IMG/VR virus record: IMGVR_UViG_3300037465_000254
Location: 1 to 35,737 of that record
From: a virus
Taxonomy: Duplodnaviria > Caudoviricetes
DNA length: 35,737 nt
Direction: 5' to 3' (one strand)
Both the position numbers and the translations under genes were made by a program. The first letter of the stretch is position 1. Every line of letters starts with the position of its first letter. Positions 8,461-17,739 of this stretch are shown here, one piece after another. Under the pieces are notes generated by a model. That model was not told where the DNA came from, ran no database searches, and saw only the letters and a program-made list of their open reading frames with translations.

Positions 8461-10760
8461 AGGACTCCCCGCGTGAAGAGCTGTTCGATACGTCCCATGA
8501 TCCGCCGCTCAAACTCGGGTGCGAGCCTGAAGAACACCGCGGCCGCCTCAGCCGTCGCGCCACGTGCGTCGATTGGCGCAATAGGCGAATTGACGTTGAT
8601 CTGCACGCCTCTGGGCCTGCCCATGTTTGCCCGGTGCCGTGGGTCGCCTCTGGTCAGCACCTCCTCGCCACGCCGGAGGATTGCTGGCACCTCGTCGCCG
8701 GCAAGGCCCCCGGAGTGCAGCCGTGGAGCCCGGCCGAAAAGCTGGGCGGGAACGCTCCGTAGCGCCAGCACCTCGCCGGCGATGCCTCCGCTGTGCATTG
8801 CTGGAGCAGTCGCAAAGAACTGGGTGACGCCGCCGGTCTGACTCGTCACGGCGGTCGTCGCGCTGGAGAACGCGCCGCCGGTTGCCCCGGCACCGAAGAA
8901 GGAAGAAGCGAACGGGATCAAGAAGTCCCCGACGAACCCGCCCAACTTCCCGGTCTTTCCGAAGTCGCCGGTCAGGAACTCCAACAGCTTCGATGCCGCG
9001 AGATCCGCGGCCATGCGGCGCAGGGCATTCAGGAAGTCGAGGACCATGCCCTTGAGTCCCTCTCGGAACGGGTCGAAGAAGAAATCTGCGAAGGCGTCCT
9101 GCATGTTGCGCGCGGCCTCGCGGGCGAATTCGGACATCTCCTCTGCACGCCGTTTCGCCTCCCGCTCCTCCTCGCGCCGCTGTTTCTCGGCCTCTCGCTC
9201 GCGCTCGCGCTGTTCCTTCTCCGACTCCCGCTCTTCGAGTTGAGCTTTTTCTTTGTGGAACGTCTCCTCGATCGCGAGCCGTGCCCTGGCGAATTCCTCC
9301 TCACTTATGATCTTTTCGGCGAGCAGCTGCTTGTACCGTTCGAGCTCCACGTCTCTGGCGGCCGCTAGGGCCTCCACGCCATCGAGCCCCGCCTTCGTCG
9401 CCTGCTCCTCCAGGCGTACGATGTCGTCGAGCGCGCTCTTGTGCCGCCGCTCCCGGTCCTTCGCCGCCTGCTCCGCCTTCTCTTCGGCTTCGGCGCGCTC
9501 TTCGGCGAGACGGCGCTCCTCCTCGGCACGCTTTACCGCAGCCTCGTGCGCTTCGAGCTCTGCCTTCCGCTGCGCTTCCGTGACTTCCCGGCGCTCGAGC
9601 GCCAGTCGGATTTCCTCTTCGAGTTCCTTCTTCCGCTGCTGGTAGATTTTCAGGACCTCGTGCGGATCCCGTGCGAGCCCCGCGTCCTGAAGGATGAGGT
9701 CCCCCAGGGACGGGCCCTCCTGGATGTCGCGCTGTATGTCGACGATCGCCTTATTGACGGAGACGAGTTCCCCGGAGAGCTCGGAAACCTCATCGAGCCC
9801 GAAAGACTGTCTCAGGAAGACCGCGATGCCTGGTCCAAGCGACGCCAGTTTCTCGGCGAGATCAGCAACAGTCGGCGCCAGCTCGAGGACGACGCGCTTC
9901 ACATTGCGGTCGAGGACGAGGCCGAGTTCGCGCATCCGCCGCTTTGCTTCGTCGGCGTTCTCCAGTAGATCGCTTTCGAGGATGATGCCGAGCTCGCGCG
10001 CCCGGTGGCGCTGCTCATCCAGGGCATCGGTGCCCTCCCGTAGCGCCGCGGCGATCTCTGCTCCTCCGGCGCGGCCGAAGGCCTTGCTGGCCAGCGCCGC
10101 GCGGTCCATTTCAATGACAGTGCCGCCGATCGCGGCGGTGACGATATCGAACGCCTGCTCGGCCGTCGTTGCTGCACGAATTTGCGCGAGCAGTTCTTTG
10201 TTCGTGTCCTTCAGGGACTCGTGCAGTTCGCCCTGACCGTGACGCGCCATGCCCACGGTGCGAACGAGGTGCTCGAGGGCGGAGTCCGTCTGCTGTTCCT
10301 GAACGCCCAACTGCCCGAAGGCAAACCGAAGTTCCTGCAGCGTCTCTGCCTGTACGCCGACCGCGCGTGCCGTGTCGTGGATGGCTGCGGCCGCGTCAAT
10401 GTTCCGCTGGATGAGATAGGCGAGCGCGCCGGCGCCGCCGATCAGCGGGATCAGGGCCGTGGCAACGCCCTTGAACGAGATGCTCAGTTTTTCGTGCTCG
10501 ACCGTGGTCTTCTGCGTGACCCGGCCGGCCTGCGACATGCCCTCGATCAGCTTCCGGTTGGCGGTAATGGCGCCGGACATTCCGCGGGCGATGTACTCGC
10601 CAACACTGCCGGCGCGCCGGCCGGCCTCGTTGAACCGCTCGGCGGCGGCCTGGATGCGGTTGAATGCTTCCTCGCCAGCCTGTCCTACCTGGATGAAGTC
10701 GCCGCGGACCTGATCCTTGCCGTCGACCTTGAGCTCAATACGAATGGGTTGCTGAGCCAT
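8457..10760 (-). CDS. Tail tape measure protein
   Basis: 767 aa, Ala/Glu/Arg-rich coiled coil, C-terminal 'PRLHSGGLAGDEVPAILRRGEEVLT'. Confidence 0.92.
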   Translation of the reverse strand: MAQQPIRIELKVDGKDQVRGDFIQVGQAGEEAFNRIQAAAERFNEAGRRAGSVGEYIARGMSGAITANRKLIEGMSQAGRVTQKTTVEHEKLSISFKGVATALIPLIGGAGALAYLIQRNIDAAAAIHDTARAVGVQAETLQELRFAFGQLGVQEQQTDSALEHLVRTVGMARHGQGELHESLKDTNKELLAQIRAATTAEQAFDIVTAAIGGTVIEMDRAALASKAFGRAGGAEIAAALREGTDALDEQRHRARELGIILESDLLENADEAKRRMRELGLVLDRNVKRVVLELAPTVADLAEKLASLGPGIAVFLRQSFGLDEVSELSGELVSVNKAIVDIQRDIQEGPSLGDLILQDAGLARDPHEVLKIYQQRKKELEEEIRLALERREVTEAQRKAELEAHEAAVKRAEEERRLAEERAEAEEKAEQAAKDRERRHKSALDDIVRLEEQATKAGLDGVEALAAARDVELERYKQLLAEKIISEEEFARARLAIEETFHKEKAQLEERESEKEQREREREAEKQRREEEREAKRRAEEMSEFAREAARNMQDAFADFFFDPFREGLKGMVLDFLNALRRMAADLAASKLLEFLTGDFGKTGKLGGFVGDFLIPFASSFFGAGATGGAFSSATTAVTSQTGGVTQFFATAPAMHSGGIAGEVLALRSVPAQLFGRAPRLHSGGLAGDEVPAILRRGEEVLTRGDPRHRANMGRPRGVQINVNSPIAPIDARGATAEAAAVFFRLAPEFERRIMGRIEQLFTRGVL

Positions 10761-10763
10761 GTC

Positions 10764-11408
10764 CTAGGCGCTCGCCTCGATGCGGGAGAGTCGCCGCTCC
10801 CAGTCCCTCACGATCAGCTCGTCGAGCCCGTCCACGGCCTTCGCGATGTCCCTCTGGAAGTCCAGACGTGGTCTGATCCGGGCATTGGGAACGAGGACGA
10901 ACGCCGTAACATCGGGCCGATCGGCGAAGACCAGCCGCGCGGTCCTGCCGTTCTTGCCAGGCACGAACAGGAGTTTCCCCTTCGGATAGTCGGACGGCTG
11001 CTTGCGGACGTCCCCACCGCGCAGGCCTCGACCCGTGAACCCTACAGCGTCGGTCGGAATTGCCAGAAATCGCTTGCCGTGGGGCCGGATCGTCGCGCCT
11101 TCCATGAACACGCGGATCAGGTCAACGAACCTGCCGGTGTTGCGCTTCTTCCCGACAGCGGACACGTCGAAGACCACGCCTTTCGCGCCCATGCTCTCGC
11201 CACGCGGCGGGTAGACCACCCCGCGGATCGTGTTCGCCAGCCGCGGCCCCAGGCCCGCGGCGCGCACGCGACGGCGCATGTTGTCCTTAAGGGCGTTCGT
11301 CCGCCGGCGGATGCCGGACGTGACTGCCTGAGCCCCCGCCTTCTCCCCGCGTTCGTAGATGCGCTTGGCGGATCCGCGCTGCCGGACGAATAGCTGCAGA
11401 CCGCTCAT
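10764..11408 (-). CDS. Basic phage morphogenesis protein (DUF6441-like)
   Basis: 'AAGLGPRLANTIR', 'EGATIRP..KRFLAIPT', 'FVLVP...RPRLD'. Confidence 0.7.
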   Translation of the reverse strand: MSGLQLFVRQRGSAKRIYERGEKAGAQAVTSGIRRRTNALKDNMRRRVRAAGLGPRLANTIRGVVYPPRGESMGAKGVVFDVSAVGKKRNTGRFVDLIRVFMEGATIRPHGKRFLAIPTDAVGFTGRGLRGGDVRKQPSDYPKGKLLFVPGKNGRTARLVFADRPDVTAFVLVPNARIRPRLDFQRDIAKAVDGLDELIVRDWERRLSRIEASA

Positions 11409-12261
11409 GACTGGGAATCGAGCTCCGCCTTCGCTCTGTCCATCACGTCGAACGCCTCCACCATGATTGCCGGCTGGTCCAACAGGCCGCCGCCCTCGAG
11501 CATGGCCCCTTGGCGCTCAATGGAGCCGCGCCACTGGTCCCAGAGGCGCACCATGTCCCGCTCCTCGGGGCCGATCAGGTACCTGGGGTTGGTGCTGTAT
11601 CGATCGCCGAAGAGCTTCCACTCTGATCCGTCTGGCGGGTCGCGGCCGAAGGCGAAGGCTGCGGGGCAGCTGGCGATCGCGACGGCGAGCTGTAGCTTTT
11701 TTTTTGCTCCTCGCTGATGGACATGAGGCGCACAGCCTCAATGCCGATCTCGTCGAGGTGCCGCTCGTCGAGCCGGTTCAGACATTCATCCGTGACGAGT
11801 CCGCCCCGCGTCTCGAAGGGCACATCGACGTTGACCCAGCCGCGGAGCATGTAGCGTGCCGCCATGTACTTCATGCTGGGCCACCATGCGCCGTCGAGGG
11901 CAACGAGGTTCGCATAGGGCGGAAAATGCTGGTGGGCGATGGACGTAAGTTCCAGGAGCCGCCGTTGATCATCCTCGTCCAGCCGCTCTCCCTTCAGGAC
12001 ATCGACGCCCCGCGCGCGCTCCAGCAGATCGAGGAGCTCGGGTCGCTGATCGGCCGCAACCACGAAGCGTACGGCGTCTCCGAGGCACTCGAGTAGTTCG
12101 CTTCTGTCCACGAAGCGCGCGCCGGAGGCAATCACGGCGCGGCGGACTTCCTTCTTTCCCCAGACTGAGGCGACGCCGACGAGATACGTCGGCGGCTTTT
12201 CCATTTCGGAGCACCCGGAAGGAACGAAGTGCACTACATCGCGGGTCGAGGCGGGTAACAT
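11405..12261 (-). CDS. Tail assembly chaperone, -1 frameshifted long form (gpGT-like), about 285 aa
   Basis: A9 run at 11697-11705. The -1 frame reads KLQLAVAIASCPAAF...GGLLDQPAIMVEAFDVMDRAKAELDSQS and stops in an ATGA overlap with the next gene. Confidence 0.85.
11575..12261 (-). CDS. Tail assembly chaperone (gpG-like)
   Basis: Lies between tail tube and tape measure genes; ends in a Ser/Pro-rich tail after the 'EEQKK' slippery site. Confidence 0.85.
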   Translation of the reverse strand: MLPASTRDVVHFVPSGCSEMEKPPTYLVGVASVWGKKEVRRAVIASGARFVDRSELLECLGDAVRFVVAADQRPELLDLLERARGVDVLKGERLDEDDQRRLLELTSIAHQHFPPYANLVALDGAWWPSMKYMAARYMLRGWVNVDVPFETRGGLVTDECLNRLDERHLDEIGIEAVRLMSISEEQKKSYSSPSRSPAAPQPSPSAATRQTDQSGSSSAIDTAPTPGT

Positions 12262-12274
12262 CGGGAACGGCGGA

Positions 12275-13207
12275 TCAGTCGTAGGTGAAGTTCAGGACGT
12301 TCGCATCCTTCCCCGTCGCCGAAAACGGCACGTTGACGATCAGTTTGCCCGCGGCGTCCGCCTGCTGCTCGCCGCGATACTGGGCAGCGAGTATGTTCAA
12401 CGTGACCTTGTTCTGCGCCACTGAGCCCACTCGGGCGACGATTGCCCGCTTCGTGCCATCACGGAAGTCCTGGAAGATGTTCCGTGTGGCGACCAGGGTT
12501 TCGAGCGGATTGATCGAGCCCTGCACGTTGCGCCCCGTAATCACCGGCGGGTCGTACCCTTCTGCAGCATTCGGATTGTCGGGGTACGAAATCTGGTTGT
12601 TCATCGCCAGAGTCAGCTGCTGGACTGCCGCTGCAGCGCCGCCGATCGTCATGACGCCGCCCTTCCAGACAGGCGGCTTCGTAGCGTCGTAGGTAAAGGA
12701 CGGCAGCGCGGCATCGGCCTTGCTTCCCAGAAGTCCCGTCAGCCGGAACTCGGCCACGCATATGCCGCCGGCGGTCCACGTGACCGACAAATCACCGCGG
12801 CATCCCAGCACCTTCCAGAGCAGGCCGTCGCGATACACGTATGCCGTGCCAGTCTTGATCTGCGTCGAGGCGGGCTCGTACTTCACGGGGCCGGTGGTCG
12901 GCGTGATGGTCTCTGCGAACCCGGAGCAGCGGAAGAGCGGCCCGATCTCCGGCGGCACGTCCGCGGCTCCGCCGGCACCCTTCAGCGGAACCTGCACGCG
13001 GACCTGCATCGGGATCCGGCCGACAATCGGATCGTGCGCGTCGAGCGACTGCATTATCAGGTCCGGGTCGAACACCTCCGGCGCTGGCGAGATTTCCGGC
13101 GGCCCGAGCGTCAGGATGGCGTCGTTCGCGCCCGTTGGCGTCGCGTCGACGCCCTCTGTCGTCTCGACCTTGAACAGAAACCCGTGGATGCGAGTCAGTA
13201 GAGGCAT
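12275..13207 (-). CDS. Major tail tube protein
   Basis: 310 aa, beta-rich, 'KVETTEGVDATP' and 'GCRGDLSV' patterns; position before the chaperone. Confidence 0.82.
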   Translation of the reverse strand: MPLLTRIHGFLFKVETTEGVDATPTGANDAILTLGPPEISPAPEVFDPDLIMQSLDAHDPIVGRIPMQVRVQVPLKGAGGAADVPPEIGPLFRCSGFAETITPTTGPVKYEPASTQIKTGTAYVYRDGLLWKVLGCRGDLSVTWTAGGICVAEFRLTGLLGSKADAALPSFTYDATKPPVWKGGVMTIGGAAAAVQQLTLAMNNQISYPDNPNAAEGYDPPVITGRNVQGSINPLETLVATRNIFQDFRDGTKRAIVARVGSVAQNKVTLNILAAQYRGEQQADAAGKLIVNVPFSATGKDANVLNFTYD

Positions 13208-13210
13208 GGC

Positions 13211-13408
13211 CTATTTCTCCCCGCCGCGCTTTCGGCTCCGCAAGGCCCGGCCCGCGAGCTCAGCCTCGGCATCGTTGACGCCATCCGACAGATCGATGCT
13301 GCCTGAATCGGGCTCCTCCACCGCGCGATCCTGGCCAACGACAATCCGGTCCGCCGGCGTAGGCGGATTCGACACGATGACGTCGTCACGTTCGGATTTC
13401 GTCTTCAT
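13211..13408 (-). CDS. Small hypothetical protein
   Basis: 65 aa, ATGA-coupled, fills the gap in the operon. Confidence 0.6.
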   Translation of the reverse strand: MKTKSERDDVIVSNPPTPADRIVVGQDRAVEEPDSGSIDLSDGVNDAEAELAGRALRSRKRGGEK

Positions 13409-13860
13409 GGGGCCTGTATCGTCGGGTCGTTGGTCCGGGTCCAGAACTCGATCTCGAAACTCAGGACGAAGCCAGCCGTAGCGCCCTGGCCCTCCACGCG
13501 CTCAATGACGGGGTCTGACATCTCGGTTTCGCGCGTGTCCACAGCGAGCCCGCCGCGTTTCGGATCGGCCAGAACAGCGGCCAGGACGGTCGTGTAAAGT
13601 CCATCGATCTGAGCAGCCAGTCCGTCATGCGTCGCAGCGATGACGTAACACTCGACGTCCAGGCGCAGAGGATCGTGACGATCAACGCCGCTGACGTCCG
13701 GCAACTTGACATGACCACCGTCGAACAACACGACGGCAGGAAACTCTTGGACCTCGACATCGTAGTTCCGCAGGACCTTCGTTCCAGGAAGCTGAACAGG
13801 TACCTGCTGGAGTGCGGTGAAGAAGTTGGCCAGAACATTTTCGCGAACGCTCGTCGGCAC
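13405..13860 (-). CDS. Tail terminator / completion protein (gpU-like)
   Basis: 'TSVRENVLA' and 'VLADPKRGGLAVD'. Probable GTG start at 13860, just after the preceding stop. Confidence 0.75.
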   Translation of the reverse strand: MPTSVRENVLANFFTALQQVPVQLPGTKVLRNYDVEVQEFPAVVLFDGGHVKLPDVSGVDRHDPLRLDVECYVIAATHDGLAAQIDGLYTTVLAAVLADPKRGGLAVDTRETEMSDPVIERVEGQGATAGFVLSFEIEFWTRTNDPTIQAP

Positions 13861-13864
13861 GCTG

Positions 13865-14179
13865 TCACTGCTTGTCGATGTCCAGCGTCCAGACCGTGCC
13901 GGCGCGATCCGAGCGCGCACTCCGGATGCGGAACGGCTCCGCTCCGACGACCAGCGTGGCGCCGTCCAGCGGCTTCGTCGGAACCTCAGACTTCAGGATC
14001 GCGGCGGTGCGCGCCGCACGATTCGTCCCGGCCCTCAAGATGTCGGCCTCTTCTGCTGCGTGGGTTTGAATGACGCGGACGGCAACGGCAGCCCCGCCGC
14101 CCTGCGGCGTGTAGGTGCCGGAGACGGAAAGGTCGTCCAGGTTGAAAATGTCGGCCATCGCATCATCGAAGACCCCCAC
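13865..14179 (-). CDS. Head-tail joining / head closure protein (gpFII-like)
   Basis: 104 aa, 'TYTPQGG', 'SEVPTKP..G.TL', 'WTLD'; synteny. Confidence 0.75.
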   Translation of the reverse strand: MGVFDDAMADIFNLDDLSVSGTYTPQGGGAAVAVRVIQTHAAEEADILRAGTNRAARTAAILKSEVPTKPLDGATLVVGAEPFRIRSARSDRAGTVWTLDIDKQ

Positions 14180-14185
14180 ATTCGT

Positions 14186-14467
14186 TCACCATTTCCAGCC
14201 GCAGAGTTCGAGCGCTCGGCACACCGCGCGCCCCTTCGTCGATAGTTGCGGCTCACGGGGATCGTCAGTCAGGAGGCCGAGGCGCTGGAGCTTCTCGATC
14301 ACCGGCCGCGCATCCTTAAGGTCCCCTTCGACCGGCATCACCGTGTAGGCGATGTGTCCGTACGTGTCCCGCAGCAGCTTGAGGTCAGCCGCCGTGTACT
14401 GGGCGGTCGGTGCTGGCGTCTCGTCCTGAGCCGCCGGTATCGAAGCCCGCCCCCGACCCCGCGCCAC
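14186..14467 (-). CDS. Hypothetical protein downstream of the capsid gene
   Basis: 93-aa ORF filling the gap between capsid and head closure genes. Confidence 0.55.
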   Translation of the reverse strand: MARGRGRASIPAAQDETPAPTAQYTAADLKLLRDTYGHIAYTVMPVEGDLKDARPVIEKLQRLGLLTDDPREPQLSTKGRAVCRALELCGWKW

Positions 14468-14479
14468 GGCCTACGACTG

Positions 14480-15514
14480 TTACGCGCCGCGCTTCGCGCG
14501 CTGCAGCATCGCCGGCCGGGTGCACAGGAACAGCGGGTAGCTGTAGACCTCGATATCTGCCCAGGCCTGGCGCTCGTCGTCGACGATGACCTTCGGGTAC
14601 ACCGGCTGCCCCGGCATCGCGATGGTGTCGAAGAACTCGCCCGGCGCCCATGCGACCTTGAAGGCACCCGGCGCATTGACGGGGAAGAACTTCGCCCTGT
14701 CGGTGTTGACGGCAACCGTGCTGGTATCGTCGGTGCCGCGGTAGTTGATCCAGTCGACGCCCCCGTAGGGGAACGGCGTGTTCCACTCCGCGCCCTTGCG
14801 GAGATCCGCGGCGGCCGTCCAGTTCTTGTAGGTGTTGCGAACCTCGGCGTGGTTCGTGAACTCGTCGTAGAAGGCGTCCCCGCAGAGGCCAACGATGCGT
14901 GTCTGCGGCGTCCAGACACCCTTCGCGGCGCGCTGCATCGCGCGCACGATCGCCGTGATCTTCTGCTTCAGGGCACCGTCTGCCGTGTTCGCCAGATCCA
15001 AGGCGACTTCCGCCGGCTGGGCGACACCGAACTCCGTGAAGAAGTTGACGATGGTGCTGCCATCGGCATCTGTCACGATGCCCTGCACGGCACCCAGCCG
15101 CATGTTCTCCCAGGTGAGCTCAACATCGCGCATCAGGCCCGCCGGTCCGGCGAGACGGCGCGCAACCTCGCGCTGCACCTGCATCAACTCTGTCTCCGAA
15201 CCGAAGGCCCGGATCCGGAACAGCTCGCTGGCCATCAGCCTGTCTTTCTTCGCGATGCGGCTGGTCATGAAGCTGCGGACCTTCCGCTTCTCGGTCGTGC
15301 GCTGGGCCAGCGGCGCGCCGCGCTCCGAGGTCTGGATCAGGGACAGCGTGCTGTCGCGCTCCTCGATCATGATCTGATCGGTACCGATGAGCGGCTCCGG
15401 CTCGAACAGGTTCAGCGTGCCGAGGAACTGCGGCTGGTAGTCCACCTTCTCGATCGCCGAGAGCATCTGGATCGTGGAGAAGGCGTCCTGCTTGAAGATG
15501 TCGAGTGAGGCCAT
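14480..15514 (-). CDS. Major capsid protein (lambda gpE family)
   Basis: 'ELTWENMRLGAVQG', 'FFTEFGV', 'SYPLFLCTRP'; GAGGA RBS. Confidence 0.93.
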   Translation of the reverse strand: MASLDIFKQDAFSTIQMLSAIEKVDYQPQFLGTLNLFEPEPLIGTDQIMIEERDSTLSLIQTSERGAPLAQRTTEKRKVRSFMTSRIAKKDRLMASELFRIRAFGSETELMQVQREVARRLAGPAGLMRDVELTWENMRLGAVQGIVTDADGSTIVNFFTEFGVAQPAEVALDLANTADGALKQKITAIVRAMQRAAKGVWTPQTRIVGLCGDAFYDEFTNHAEVRNTYKNWTAAADLRKGAEWNTPFPYGGVDWINYRGTDDTSTVAVNTDRAKFFPVNAPGAFKVAWAPGEFFDTIAMPGQPVYPKVIVDDERQAWADIEVYSYPLFLCTRPAMLQRAKRGA

Positions 15515-15574
15515 ATCGGGTTCCTCGTGGAAGTCCTGGCTTTGGTCAGTTACCTAAGCGAAATTCGCTCCCGG

Positions 15575-16219
15575 TCAGCGTGTGATGATCCCGAGCGCCT
15601 TCAGATCGTCCCTCGCCTTGGTCTTGTCGCCAGCGCTCATGCCGGTCTTGTAGACGAGCTCTGAGTCGTTCACCTCGGCGTCGCGGACGATGGCGACGCC
15701 GGACTTGTCCGCAGCGGAGGCGTCGACGTTGTCGAACAGGATGCCCGCGGCGACCTCGCGGCCATCGGTGCCTGCCGGATCGTGCTCAACCACCTTGCCG
15801 CTGCCTGCGGCGACCGTGATCGTGAACTGGTCGCCGGCCACGAAGTCCGTGCCGCCGTCTGCGAGCGTAAACGCCAGACCGCCGGCGTTGAACGCGACGC
15901 CGACTGTGCCGCGACCGATGTTGACGCCGTCCGGGTCCTCGACGATGAAGGCGCCGGCATTCGCCGCCGGCTCCACGATCGTGAGTTTGTAGGCGCCCGG
16001 CTTCGAGTCCTGGCCGACCGTGATCGCGCCCATCGCACCATTGCCGGTGTTCGCGGCGTCGGCCTGCGCTGTCGCAGAGCCCTTCGTGACCTTGCCGACC
16101 ACATGCCCCGCCTTGAGGTTCTGGCCGCTGAGGACCGTAACCTTCTCGCGCGAGCGAGAGCCATTGGCTTCGGAAACGATGAACTCGCCGGCGTGCTGGC
16201 CTTCGGTGAGCAGTGCCAT
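15575..16219 (-). CDS. Head decoration protein (gpD-like) with an internal insertion
   Basis: 'GEFIVSEANGSRSRE', 'LKAGHVVG', 'DGREVAAGIL', 'LKALGII'. Confidence 0.88.
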   Translation of the reverse strand: MALLTEGQHAGEFIVSEANGSRSREKVTVLSGQNLKAGHVVGKVTKGSATAQADAANTGNGAMGAITVGQDSKPGAYKLTIVEPAANAGAFIVEDPDGVNIGRGTVGVAFNAGGLAFTLADGGTDFVAGDQFTITVAAGSGKVVEHDPAGTDGREVAAGILFDNVDASAADKSGVAIVRDAEVNDSELVYKTGMSAGDKTKARDDLKALGIITR

Positions 16220-16245
16220 ATCGGTAGTCCTCTGAGGTCCTCAGT

Positions 16246-16782
16246 TCAGGTCTTCAGCTTGACGCCGGCCTTCTGCATGGCGGCGTCCCAGCCGTGATCT
16301 TTGCGGTCCTGCGGCGCGTGCTGCGTGGAGATGTCCGGCCCGCCGCTCGCGGCACGGATCTCGACCAGCTTGCCGCGAACCTGCGCGACGGTGAGCCCGG
16401 CCTTCAGGTACTCCGCCGCGAGCTCCGGGCGGCCGGCTATCGCACAGAGCTCGGTGATCTCGGTCGCAACCGCCATCGCATCCCGGCGGGCCTTGTCGAT
16501 CTGCGCGACGTTGTCCGCCGCCGGCGTCGGTGCCGGGGTCGTCGCGGCCGCCGGCTTGGTGATGTGCTCGACACTGACCTTGAGCGCGCCAGCGATCGCC
16601 TTTAGGCATTCGCTGCCGCCTTCGACTGCCGCCTGACCCGAGAGAACCTGATCCAGCGTCGGCCCCTGGACTCCGGCGGCTTCCATCGCCGCCGTGATGT
16701 CCGCGAGAATCGCATCGCGCGACCGTTCAGCAGTTACCTGACCGGCGATCACTGCGTTCAGTCTTTCGGCCAGCGTCGACAT
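16246..16782 (-). CDS. Nested in-frame scaffolding protein (Nu3-like), 178 aa
   Basis: In-frame ATG at 16782 preceded by AGAGGA and an AT-richer stretch; lambda Nu3 is nested in gene C in the same way. Confidence 0.65.
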   Translation of the reverse strand: MSTLAERLNAVIAGQVTAERSRDAILADITAAMEAAGVQGPTLDQVLSGQAAVEGGSECLKAIAGALKVSVEHITKPAAATTPAPTPAADNVAQIDKARRDAMAVATEITELCAIAGRPELAAEYLKAGLTVAQVRGKLVEIRAASGGPDISTQHAPQDRKDHGWDAAMQKAGVKLKT

Positions 16783-17739
16783 TGTTCCGGTTCCTCTAAG
16801 TTTCGCGGCTAAGTTAGCTGCCAGATTGCTGTCACCCATACGCTGAGCAGATTTTCCGGGGCGTGTCAAAGCGGCCGGGTCCGAGGCCATGGCCTCCAGG
16901 GTGTCCGGGATGCTCGCGATTTCGTCGATGAGCCCGGCGGCGAGCGCCGCTTCACCGAAGACGACAGCGCCCTGCAGCTGCTCGAGCTGGCGCGCTGTGA
17001 CCCGGCCCCGGCGGTTCCTTGCGACGGTTTCGAAGAAGAGACCGGCGGCACGATCGACCATTGCCTGCATCGCGGTGCGCGCGGTGTCCGACAAGGGCTC
17101 GTGCGAGTTGCCTTCGGCCTTGCGCTCCCCGGAGCGGATCAGCGTGTAGCTGACCCCCGCCATTTCGTCGCGCTTCGTCACATCGACGTGCACGGCGATG
17201 ACACCGACGGACCCTGTCGCGCCGGTCCTCGCCATGACAATCCGGTCTGCGGCAGAGGCAATTGCATAGGCCGCCGAGCACGCGGTCTCGTTGATCAGTG
17301 CGTAGATGGGTTTCTTGCCACGAGCTGCGTAAACCTGATCGACAAAGTCGAAGCAGCCGCTCACCTCGCCGCCCCCCGAGTCCAGGTCGAATGCAACCGC
17401 CTTCACCGCGGGGTCCGCCATCGCGCGTGCGAATGCCTGCGCGAGTGTCTCGTACGACACCAACCCGGAGAGTGCGTCGAGATCGCCGGCGCGGTGCACC
17501 GTCGTCCCGATGACGGGGATCACGGCGACGCCGTTGCTGGCTCCGAGCGGATCGCGGGCCGGTTCGGCGTCGTAGCCGTAGGACACGGCCTGGATGCCGA
17601 TCCGGTCGCCGAGAACCGAGAGGATCACTTCCAGTTTCCGCTGCTCGATAAGCAGCGGCACGCCGAGCACGCGGTTTGCGACATGCACCAGCTGGTGCGC
17701 GCGGCCGGACGTCACGATGTTCGGGCGGTCGGTCTTCAT
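16246..17739 (-). CDS. Prohead protease, S49 family (gpC-like)
   Basis: 'DSGGGEV', 'ACSAAYAIASAAD', 'GSVGVI'; long scaffold-like C-terminus. Confidence 0.93.
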   Translation of the reverse strand: MKTDRPNIVTSGRAHQLVHVANRVLGVPLLIEQRKLEVILSVLGDRIGIQAVSYGYDAEPARDPLGASNGVAVIPVIGTTVHRAGDLDALSGLVSYETLAQAFARAMADPAVKAVAFDLDSGGGEVSGCFDFVDQVYAARGKKPIYALINETACSAAYAIASAADRIVMARTGATGSVGVIAVHVDVTKRDEMAGVSYTLIRSGERKAEGNSHEPLSDTARTAMQAMVDRAAGLFFETVARNRRGRVTARQLEQLQGAVVFGEAALAAGLIDEIASIPDTLEAMASDPAALTRPGKSAQRMGDSNLAANLAAKLRGTGTMSTLAERLNAVIAGQVTAERSRDAILADITAAMEAAGVQGPTLDQVLSGQAAVEGGSECLKAIAGALKVSVEHITKPAAATTPAPTPAADNVAQIDKARRDAMAVATEITELCAIAGRPELAAEYLKAGLTVAQVRGKLVEIRAASGGPDISTQHAPQDRKDHGWDAAMQKAGVKLKT

